Sequence record: ON540300.1 | Origin: Escherichia phage ECOH1 | Length of the DNA stretch: 64,000 nucleotides | Reading direction: 5' to 3' (one strand) | Shown: piece by piece, positions 9,025-15,013 of the stretch | How positions within the stretch are numbered: the first letter of the stretch is position 1 | Layout of the letters: every line of letters starts with the position of its first letter | Notes under the pieces: generated by a model | What the model was told of the DNA's origin: nothing | Databases searched by the model: none | The model's input: the letters and a program-made list of their open reading frames with translations, nothing else | Program-made: the position numbers and the translations under genes

Positions 9025-10440
9025 ATGAGCGAATTATTTAAACATGCGCACCTTCATGCAGGTCGAACTGAAAATGGTGCTGTAAACCATACTTCATCAA
9101 TGTCTGCTCTTGTGGACTTTTACAAAGCTGCTGGTTCCAGCCGTAGCAATGTAGAAATCTTACCAGACCTGTTCTACAAAGCTTTGCGTGAGGATGTTGA
9201 TGTTGCAGTTCGTATTTTACTGCATATGCGAGATGTACGAGAAGGTATGGGTGAGCGTAAAGCTTTCCGAACTGTTTTACTTCAAGCGATTGAAGATAAA
9301 GTTTTAGAGCCTACACAGGTTCTTCGCATTATGGATAAGATTGCAGAACTTGGTCGTTTTGATGACTTCAAAATCTTCGTAGGTACTCGTTTTGAGACAG
9401 ATGCCTTCAAACATTTAGAAGCAGCATTACTAGACCCTGCAACAGCAGGTTTAGCGGCTAAGTGGTTACCACGAGTAAAACCACGCCACAAACAGTTTGT
9501 AAAACGTTTCTGTAAGTTTGCAAACTTAAGTGAGAAGGAGTATCGCACACTGTTATCTGCACTGTCTGATACGGTTGAGCAAAAAATCTCTGCTAATGAG
9601 TTTGGTAAGATTGACTACAGCAAGATTCCTTCACTCGCTGCTGCACGTTACCAAAAGCTCTTTAACCGTAAAGATGGGGAACGTTACAAAGCTTACATCG
9701 AGTCCCTCTCAAAAGGTGAGGTTAAGATTAACGCTGGTGCTGTTTACCCATACGATGTGATTAAATCTATCAAGTATGGTAATGCAGATGTTGCTAATGA
9801 GCAGTGGAAAGCACTACCAAACTGGATGGCAGAAGGTGAGAACATCTTGTGTATGACTGATGTTTCAAGCTCAATGTCTTGGGTGAATCTTGGTTCAATC
9901 ACTGCCCTTGATATTGGTGTATCACTTGCTTTGTATGTAGCAGAACGCAACACTGGTTGCTTTAAGAATGAGTTAATGGTTTACTCAACAAACCCTCACT
10001 TCATCGAACTGAGTGGTGATTTACGAAACCGTCATCGTCAGGTAATGCGTCATGTTGAATATGGTTCAACTAACTTACAAGCAGCTTTTGACCGTATTCT
10101 TGAGGTAGGTAAGCGAAACAACTTGACTCAGAAAGATATGCCAAGTAAGCTTATTATCTTCTCTGATATGGAGTTCACTCAGGTTGATGGAGCTAACGGT
10201 CGTACAAACTTTGAAGCAATTCAGAGTAAGTACAAAAAAGCTGGATACGAAATGCCACAACTAGTATTCTGGTACTTAGCAAACCGTAATGGTACTTGCG
10301 AAGTATCTGTTAAGGATAATGGTGTAGCGATGGTATCAGGGTTCTCTCCAGCCACTTTAAAAGCTCTGCTTGGTGGTGAGAAGTTTGACCCAATCAGCGT
10401 AATGCTCAAAGCAGTAATGATTGACCGTTACATCTGGTAA
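9025..10440 (+). CDS. vWA-domain protein with MIDAS motif; architecture resembles Ro60/TROVE (Rsr-like) RNA-binding proteins
   Basis: DxSxS motif DVSSSMS near residue 280, later hydrophobic IIFSDMEF strand, helical N-terminal 270 aa; homology unverified. Confidence 0.7.
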   Translation: MSELFKHAHLHAGRTENGAVNHTSSMSALVDFYKAAGSSRSNVEILPDLFYKALREDVDVAVRILLHMRDVREGMGERKAFRTVLLQAIEDKVLEPTQVLRIMDKIAELGRFDDFKIFVGTRFETDAFKHLEAALLDPATAGLAAKWLPRVKPRHKQFVKRFCKFANLSEKEYRTLLSALSDTVEQKISANEFGKIDYSKIPSLAAARYQKLFNRKDGERYKAYIESLSKGEVKINAGAVYPYDVIKSIKYGNADVANEQWKALPNWMAEGENILCMTDVSSSMSWVNLGSITALDIGVSLALYVAERNTGCFKNELMVYSTNPHFIELSGDLRNRHRQVMRHVEYGSTNLQAAFDRILEVGKRNNLTQKDMPSKLIIFSDMEFTQVDGANGRTNFEAIQSKYKKAGYEMPQLVFWYLANRNGTCEVSVKDNGVAMVSGFSPATLKALLGGEKFDPISVMLKAVMIDRYIW

Positions 10441-10458
10441 AAAGTTTTAAAAAGGGTA

Positions 10459-10488
10459 TTGACAATGTGTTTGATACCCTTTAATATG
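10459..10488 (+). promoter_or_regulatory. sigma70-like promoter inside palindrome AAAGGGTAT / ATACCCTTT
   Basis: TTGACA 10459-10464, TAATAT about 18 nt downstream; flanking 9-bp inverted repeat. Confidence 0.45.
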
Positions 10489-10549
10489 TTCTACATAGAA
10501 ACGAAATGAGAGCTTTTCTAAGATACTGAAAAATATTTTAAAAAAGTTC

Positions 10550-10578
10550 TTGACAACCACTAAAAAATAATGTTAAAG
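10550..10578 (+). promoter_or_regulatory. candidate promoter for tRNA array
   Basis: TTGACA at 10550-10555; weak -10; 30 bp upstream of first tRNA. Confidence 0.35.
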
Positions 10579-10605
10579 TGGTTACATAGAGTTTGAAAAG
10601 TTTAT

Positions 10606-10682
10606 CTCTGTTTAGCTCAGCTTGGTAGAGCGTTCCGTTTGGGGCGGTAAGGCCGGAGGTTCAAGTCCTCCAACAGAGACCA
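10606..10682 (+). tRNA. tRNA-Pro (anticodon TGG)
   Basis: Cloverleaf by eye: acceptor 7/7, D-stem gctc/gagc, anticodon loop ttTGGgg, T-loop TTCAAGT, CCA encoded. Confidence 0.8.
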
Positions 10683-10689
10683 AATTAAT

Positions 10690-10767
10690 GTTCCAGTAGA
10701 CAAAATGGTAAAGTCACCACTCTTTCAAAGTGGATATTTGAGGGTTCAAATCCCTTCTGGAACGCCA
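10690..10767 (+). tRNA. tRNA-Glu (anticodon TTC)
   Basis: Acceptor 7/7, perfect anticodon stem, loop ctTTCaa, T-loop TTCAAAT, CCA encoded. Confidence 0.8.
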
Positions 10768-10858
10768 GTTTTGACAGAAGACCAATTGCAGCAAACTTAA
10801 TCTTATTCATCTGACACGAAATCGGACAAAGAAGAGATTTGGTCTGGTCATTAAGAAT
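10768..10858 (+). ncRNA. structured spacer element A (5' ACAGAAGACCA ... 3' TGGTCTGGTCATT)
   Basis: Terminal stem AGACCA/TGGTCT; same family as elements at 10936 and 11441. Confidence 0.4.
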
Positions 10859-10935
10859 TGCGGGTATAGAGAAAGGGCGTCTCACATGTCTCATTAGCAT
10901 GGTATCGGCAGGTTCGACTCCTGCACCCGCCTCCA
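10859..10935 (+). tRNA. tRNA with CAT anticodon (Met or Ile-lysidine type)
   Basis: D-stem gaga/tctc, anticodon stem catgt/gcatg, loop ctCATta, T-loop TTCGACT; acceptor has one mismatch. Confidence 0.6.
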
Positions 10936-11018
10936 AATTTACAGAAGACCGTTTACAGCAATATTTATTAAATTTTTAGCGGAAAAATTGAAAGATACGG
11001 TCTGGTAATACTAAACAT
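10936..11018 (+). ncRNA. structured spacer element B (5' ACAGAAGACCGTTTACAGCAA ... 3' ACGGTCTGGTAAT)
   Basis: Terminal stem AGACCGT/ACGGTCT enclosing internal hairpin AATTTTT-agcgg-AAAAATT. Confidence 0.4.
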
Positions 11019-11095
11019 GGTTAGGAAGCACATAAGGTATGTGCGGTCGCCTGTTAAGCGAATGGCACAGGGTTCGAATCCCTGACTAACCGCCA
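11019..11095 (+). tRNA. tRNA-Asn (anticodon GTT)
   Basis: Acceptor ggttagg/actaacc, anticodon loop ctGTTaa, T-loop TTCGAAT, CCA encoded. Confidence 0.75.
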
Positions 11096-11104
11096 AATTT
11101 AAAT

Positions 11105-11192
11105 GTGTCGTTATCCCGTAGATGGTAGCGGTGGGGACTGTAAATCCCTTGTCATTGAGACTCGGTAGGTTCGACTCCTACACGGCACACCA
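11105..11192 (+). tRNA. tRNA-Tyr (anticodon GTA), long variable arm
   Basis: Acceptor gtgtcgt/acggcac, anticodon loop ctGTAaa, 15-nt variable arm, T-loop TTCGACT, CCA. Confidence 0.7.
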
Positions 11193-11198
11193 AATAAA

Positions 11199-11276
11199 GG
11201 TTATGTAGTTTAATCTGGTTAAAATACTCCCCTGTCACGGGAGATGATGAGGGTTCAAATCCCTTCGTAACCGCCA
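11199..11276 (+). tRNA. tRNA-Asp (anticodon GTC)
   Basis: Acceptor ggttatg/cgtaacc, anticodon stem ctccc/gggag, loop ctGTCac, T-loop TTCAAAT, CCA. Confidence 0.75.
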
Positions 11277-11440
11277 AATTATAATAAGTATTTCAAAATG
11301 ATGTTTGAGAGGGCTATTTAGCCCCTCCCTTAAAGAGTTCTTACGAGTATTCTTTAAAGGAGCAGAAGGCCAAATTCAGCAAGTTACTTAAAATTTCAAG
11401 CCAATTTAATTTTGAAAAATTTAAAACTTGGTCTGGCTCA

Positions 11441-11597
11441 ACAATTTTACAGAAGACCGTTTACAGCAAAACTTAAACAATCTATTTCTCCGGTAAAGAA
11501 AAGGCGAAGGTTCGATTCCTTCACTCGGCAGATGTCGAGTTGGTGTAATGGTAGCACTTAAGATGATAAACAACGGTCTGGTAATTATCTTTGTAGG
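11441..11597 (+). ncRNA. structured element C: permuted tRNA-like module (T-arm, closed acceptor-like helix, D-arm; no anticodon arm) inside a spacer-repeat stem
   Basis: T-arm GAAGG-TTCGATT-CCTTC 11517-11533; acceptor 3' strand ACTCGGC 11534-11540, loop agat, 5' strand GTCGAGT 11545-11551; D-arm GTGT-aatggta-GCAC 11554-11568; enclosing stem AGACCGTT 11466-11473 / AACGGTCT 11583-11590. Confidence 0.55.
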
Positions 11598-11730
11598 TGA
11601 GCTATTAAGCTTACCTGTGAGTATGCGACCACAAAGGGTGAAAGGGTAAATTCTAGATTTAAACCCAACAAGGCACATCGCTACAGACCTTAAGCAAGTC
11701 TGGGTAGCTTATCTACAAAGATAATTTAAT

Positions 11731-11806
11731 GGAAGTGTAGCAGAATGGTGATGCGGCAGACTTTTAATCTGACAGGCGATGGGTTCGAATCCCTCCACTT
11801 CTACCA
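11731..11806 (+). tRNA. tRNA-Lys (anticodon TTT)
   Basis: Acceptor ggaagtg/cacttct, anticodon loop ctTTTaa, T-loop TTCGAAT, CCA; T-stem has 2 mismatches. Confidence 0.65.
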
Positions 11807-11810
11807 ATAT

Positions 11811-11887
11811 GGTTCAGTCGCAGATAAGGTAATGCAGGGGTCTCATAAGCCCTATGAATGTGGGTTCGATTCCCATCTGAACCTCCA
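11811..11887 (+). tRNA. tRNA-Met (anticodon CAT), second copy
   Basis: Acceptor ggttcag/ctgaacc 7/7, anticodon loop ctCATaa, T-loop TTCGATT, CCA. Confidence 0.7.
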
Positions 11888-11888
11888 A

Positions 11889-11964
11889 GCTGGTATAGTT
11901 AAGAAGGTTATAACACTCCCCTGATAAGGGAACATCGGTGGTTCGATTCCACCTACCAGTACCA
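11889..11964 (+). tRNA. tRNA-Ile (anticodon GAT)
   Basis: D-stem gtta/taac, anticodon loop ctGATaa, T-stem ggtgg/ccacc, CCA. Confidence 0.75.
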
Positions 11965-11979
11965 ATTTCAATAAAGTTG

Positions 11980-12008
11980 TTGACATTGAGATGTGACTAC
12001 TTTATAGT
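11980..12008 (+). promoter_or_regulatory. sigma70-like promoter inside tRNA array
   Basis: TTGACA 11980-11985, 17-nt spacer, TATAGT 12003-12008. Confidence 0.6.
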
Positions 12009-12331
12009 AACTGAAAATGATTCAGCATATGTATAATTCAAACACCAATACATGAGCATTAGACGTAATGCAATGTGGGGAAATTTGTTGTACATATTCT
12101 GAATAGTTTTCGTTGCGTAGCGTCTATTTTGCAAATTTAAAATAAATGCAAACGACAATGTTTTTCTGGCAGTAGCTTGATAGGCTAAACACCAGTGAGG
12201 TCTTCCAATCCCTCATCAAAGAATTTGGCGTACTAGCCCACGGTATGATTAATAAGGTGGGCAACATTTTAAAGGGTATCCCTTATTGGGCTTGGCTTAA
12301 ATGCAATGAGTACCCTTTAAAATGTTAATTA

Positions 12332-12413
12332 CGGGGCGTATCTCAGCGGTCTTCTAAACCGCCGTTAACCGAGTAAGTGGAGTATGCGGGTTCGAGTCCT
12401 GCCGCCTCGACCA
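12332..12413 (+). tRNA. non-canonical tRNA-like gene, anticodon arm consistent with TCT (Arg)
   Basis: Perfect arm gcggt-ctTCTaa-accgc, T-arm and acceptor cggggcg/cgcctcg with CCA; D-arm region only about 7 nt and about 23-nt variable region. Confidence 0.45.
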
Positions 12414-12556
12414 ATTTAGTTAGCAGATTGCTTAGACGACCTTATCGGGTCTCCGTGTAAGGAGGTGGTCTGTATCTCATGTTTTCCAGAACATGTAAAT
12501 AATCTGAGAAGGGGCTTTACAGTGTTGTGAAAATACGGTAAGCTTCGAATTACAAT

Positions 12557-12639
12557 ATGGGACGATGTTAAGACTCTAAGGCATGAGCAACGGCTTCCAA
12601 CACCGTTTCAAAGGGGTTCAACTCCTCCGTCCCATGCCA
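12557..12639 (+). tRNA. tRNA-Trp-like (anticodon CCA) with extended D region
   Basis: Acceptor atgggac/gtcccat 7/7, anticodon loop ttCCAac, T-loop TTCAACT, CCA; D region about 7 nt too long. Confidence 0.5.
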
Positions 12640-12652
12640 AAGTCTTATTAGG

Positions 12653-12740
12653 GGTAGGTAGCGGCTAATGGTAGCCAAACTGTCTTGAAAACAGTTGCCA
12701 CTGTAGAGATACGGTGAGGGTTCGACTCCTTTACTTACCG
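12653..12740 (+). tRNA. tRNA-Ser (anticodon TGA), long variable arm
   Basis: 3-bp D-stem, anticodon loop ctTGAaa, about 20-nt variable arm, T-loop TTCGACT; CCA not encoded. Confidence 0.7.
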
Positions 12741-12997
12741 CCTAATAAGATTTACACCGTCCATGCTTGCTCGCATTTTCGGTTTATCCATCGTGTATTG
12801 TCGTACACACTGATAAAGCACCTAGTAGGTGTCACGGAGAAGAGATAATATCAAGCTCTCCAAAGGTTCTAGTCACCGGATTAAACAAGACTATGCAAAG
12901 ACCTATTTAGGTCTTTTTAGAGGGCTTCTAAGGTTATTACAGCTTGTTGTGGAACCTTGTTGCTTAGGTTCTTAGAAGTTCTCTAAAAAGATTTAAT

Positions 12998-13075
12998 GGG
13001 AGATTGACGGTAATTGGTAAACCTACCATCCTTAGAAGTTGGTGTTTGAGGGTTCGAATCCCTTGTCTCCTACCA
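12998..13075 (+). tRNA. tRNA with anticodon TAG (Leu box), short variable loop
   Basis: Acceptor gggagat/gtctcct, Leu-like D-loop taattggtaaa, anticodon loop ctTAGaa, 5-nt variable loop, CCA. Confidence 0.55.
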
Positions 13076-13082
13076 AATTAAT

Positions 13083-13158
13083 GCAGGTGTAGCAAAATGG
13101 TTATGCGGCTGACTCTTAATCAGTAAGACGATGGGTTCAATTCCCTCCACCTGTACCA
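13083..13158 (+). tRNA. tRNA-Lys (anticodon CTT)
   Basis: Paralog of Lys-TTT gene; anticodon loop ctCTTaa, T-loop TTCAATT, CCA. Confidence 0.7.
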
Positions 13159-13164
13159 AACATT

Positions 13165-13240
13165 GGGGATGTAGTTTACATGGTTAAAACATAAGTTTTG
13201 CAAACTTAAGTACAGGGTTCAATTCCCTGCTTCTCCACCA
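13165..13240 (+). tRNA. tRNA-Ala (anticodon TGC)
   Basis: D-stem gttt/aaac, perfect anticodon stem taagt/actta, loop ttTGCaa, CCA. Confidence 0.75.
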
Positions 13241-13246
13241 ATTAGT

Positions 13247-13321
13247 GCATCCATAGTTTAAACGGGAAAATTACAGTCTTCCAAACTGAGGTTGAGGGTT
13301 CGATTCCCTCTGGATGCTCCA
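13247..13321 (+). tRNA. tRNA-Gly (anticodon TCC)
   Basis: Acceptor gcatcca/tggatgc 7/7, anticodon loop ctTCCaa, T-loop TTCGATT, CCA. Confidence 0.75.
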
Positions 13322-13328
13322 AATTAAT

Positions 13329-13404
13329 GCTCCTATCGTATAATTGGCTATTACGGTTGCCTTGTAAGCAACTTATCAGGGTTCGAATCCTTGTGGGAGC
13401 ACCA
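13329..13404 (+). tRNA. tRNA-Thr (anticodon TGT)
   Basis: Anticodon stem gttgc/gcaac perfect, loop ctTGTaa, T-loop TTCGAAT, CCA. Confidence 0.8.
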
Positions 13405-13499
13405 ATTCAGAGGTCAAGTGAAAGACCGCTGGTGTCAACTGAAGACCGTAACAAATTCCACGGAGTTGAGTTAGCGGCACAACTTCAGACCTCTTCCAT
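13405..13499 (+). ncRNA. structured spacer element D, degenerate relative of element C
   Basis: Contains CTGAAGACCGTAACAA (5' motif variant) and GGAGTTGAGTTAGCGGCAC resembling the acceptor-5'/D-arm part of element C; outer stem AGAGGTC/GACCTCT. Confidence 0.35.
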
Positions 13500-13574
13500 A
13501 CTCGCTTAGTTTATATGGTAAAACATCACCCTTACAAGATGAAGAAAAAGGTTCAAGTCCTTTAGTGAGTACCA
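13500..13574 (+). tRNA. tRNA-Val (anticodon TAC)
   Basis: D-stem gttt/aaac, anticodon loop ctTACaa, T-stem aaagg/ccttt, CCA. Confidence 0.7.
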
Positions 13575-13575
13575 T

Positions 13576-13653
13576 GTTCCAGTATCCCAATTGGCAGAGG
13601 ATGCAAGCTCAAACCTTGTACTAGTGACGGTTCGAATCCGTCTTGGAACACCA
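13576..13653 (+). tRNA. tRNA with anticodon CAA (Leu box), short variable loop
   Basis: D-arm tcc-caattggcaga-gga (Leu-like), anticodon stem gcaag/cttgt, loop ctCAAac, 6-nt variable loop, CCA. Confidence 0.6.
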
Positions 13654-13658
13654 ATTTT

Positions 13659-13734
13659 GCAGGATTAGTTCAAATGGATAGAGCAACAGTCTACGAAGCT
13701 GTTAATAGGGGTTCGAATCCCTTATCCTGCGCCA
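13659..13734 (+). tRNA. tRNA-Arg (anticodon ACG)
   Basis: Acceptor gcaggat/atcctgc 7/7, anticodon loop ctACGaa, T-loop TTCGAAT, CCA. Confidence 0.75.
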
Positions 13735-13753
13735 AGTTAAAGAGGCTATTTAG

Positions 13754-14311
13754 ATGAGATATTTGAAGTATGCTTCATGGATTTTCTTAGCTTTGTTAGA
13801 ACCATTTGCAGCAATCTTAGCAGTTATCTTAGCACCTTTTGTAGTTCCATTCTACAGTGAGAAGAAAGGACATCTACCTTTCGGGTTCAGATGGATGGAA
13901 ACTTATGACAACCCAATTGATGGCGATGAAGGTCATGTCAAAAGATGGGCTAAGATTAGAAAGATTGGTAAGCTTGGTATCTATATGCAGAGAGTCGGTT
14001 GGCTCTGGAGAAACAAAGCTTATAACTTCTCTTACCATGTGTTAGGAAGAGATGTAAAAGATGTTACTAAGTGGAAAGGTAATATCAATGTAAGTTCTAA
14101 CCCTGAAGATAATCAGACAGGTTATCTCCTAATGTGGAACAGTAATGCTTGGGGGTTATTCGCTTTTGTACCATCAATTAAAATCTTTGGTAAACAATTC
14201 TACTGGAGAATTTATGTTGGATGGAAACTTAAAAGTGTTGTCCCAGAAGAAAGAGCATTCTCAAGGGAAAGAGTTATGTTGGCATTCTTTATCCATCCAC
14301 TAAGAAAATAA
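13754..14311 (+). CDS. membrane protein encoded inside the tRNA array (185 aa)
   Basis: ORF track; N-terminal hydrophobic segment WIFLALLEPFAAILAVILAPFVVPF; preceded by AGAGGCTATTTAG motif. Confidence 0.6.
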   Translation: MRYLKYASWIFLALLEPFAAILAVILAPFVVPFYSEKKGHLPFGFRWMETYDNPIDGDEGHVKRWAKIRKIGKLGIYMQRVGWLWRNKAYNFSYHVLGRDVKDVTKWKGNINVSSNPEDNQTGYLLMWNSNAWGLFAFVPSIKIFGKQFYWRIYVGWKLKSVVPEERAFSRERVMLAFFIHPLRK

Positions 14312-14319
14312 AGATTTAA

Positions 14320-14395
14320 AGGGGATTAGTTTACAAGGTTAAAACCTCGGTCTTTGAAATCGAAGAAGTTGGTTCAATTCCAACATCCCCCGCCA
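14320..14395 (+). tRNA. tRNA-Gln (anticodon TTG)
   Basis: D-stem gttt/aaac, anticodon loop ctTTGaa, T-stem gttgg/ccaac, CCA. Confidence 0.75.
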
Positions 14396-14397
14396 AT

Positions 14398-14476
14398 GCT
14401 CCATTACTCCAATTGGCAGAGAGGCCAGACTTAAAATCTGTGTTATGTATCGGTTCGAATCCGATATGGAGTACCA
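14398..14476 (+). tRNA. tRNA with anticodon TAA (Leu box), short variable loop
   Basis: D-arm ctc-caattggcaga-gag (Leu-like), anticodon loop ctTAAaa, 7-nt variable loop, T-stem atcgg/ccgat, CCA. Confidence 0.6.
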
Positions 14477-14481
14477 AATTT

Positions 14482-14557
14482 AGCGGTATAGCATAACTGG
14501 CAATGCAGCAGTCTCTGAAGCTGTCTTATTAAGGTTCAAATCCTTATGCCGCTGCCA
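14482..14557 (+). tRNA. tRNA-Gln (anticodon CTG)
   Basis: D-stem gcat/atgc, anticodon loop ctCTGaa, T-stem taagg/cctta, CCA. Confidence 0.75.
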
Positions 14558-14588
14558 CTTCTAAGGATTCTTACGAGAGTCCTTAAAT

Positions 14589-14664
14589 GTGGCCTTATCA
14601 TAAATGGTAATGACCCATGCTGTGAACATGGTCTATACGGGTTCAAATCCCGTAGGTCACCCCA
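14589..14664 (+). tRNA. tRNA-His (anticodon GTG)
   Basis: Perfect anticodon stem ccatg/catgg, loop ctGTGaa, discriminator C, CCA; no encoded G at -1. Confidence 0.75.
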
Positions 14665-14669
14665 ATTTA

Positions 14670-14744
14670 TAGTCCAAGTAGCTTATATGGTTAAAGCGCG
14701 TGTCTGAAAAACATGAGAAGAGGGTTCAAATCCCACTGGGCTAC
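14670..14744 (+). tRNA. tRNA-Phe (anticodon GAA)
   Basis: Acceptor tagtcca/tgggcta, anticodon stem cgtgt/acatg, loop ctGAAaa, T-loop TTCAAAT; CCA not fully encoded. Confidence 0.65.
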
Positions 14745-15013
14745 CAATTTCAAAGGTGCTTAATGAAAGAGATGACAGAACAAGGTAAGGAGATTTTTAA
14801 TCTCTTAAAAACCGGTAGAGGGTTTTCTAATCCCTTATTACTGGTGCAGCAGTTCTCGGTGGAACCGTAGCTGCCTCTACATCACTTGTAAGCTCTATTA
14901 GCTCTGTAACAGACCCTACAATAAAGGATAAACTTGTTGCTGCTGGACTTACAACAGTTCTGCTTAACAGCTTTACAACGAGTCTGACAAGCACTACATC
15001 AACCACTAAGACA

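Noticed and set aside
10441-10490. Palindrome after the Ro60-like gene as a terminator
   Set aside because: Stem is good (AAAGGGTAT/ATACCCTTT) but there is no T-run and the loop contains a TTGACA box; more consistent with a promoter/operator hairpin.
10685-10936. 83-aa minus-strand ORF
   Set aside because: Lies entirely over tRNA-Glu, spacer element A and the CAT tRNA; no RBS; artefact of tRNA sequence.
11503-11570. Permuted (two-piece) tmRNA
   Set aside because: Acceptor helix has U2-G71 and C3-G70 rather than the G3-U70 alanine identity pair, is closed by a loop with no CCA end, and no tag reading frame or pseudoknots are evident downstream.
11421-11678. 85-aa minus-strand ORF
   Set aside because: Overlaps the permuted tRNA-like element C and flanking hairpins; composition is RNA-structure-like, no start context.
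11441-11730. tRNA gene interrupted by a group I intron
   Set aside because: No 3' exon (anticodon 3' strand, T-arm, acceptor) downstream of the D-arm, interval too short for a typical group I core, and the T-arm lies upstream, which fits permutation rather than interruption.
13327-13509. 60-aa plus-strand ORF
   Set aside because: Runs through tRNA-Thr and spacer element D.
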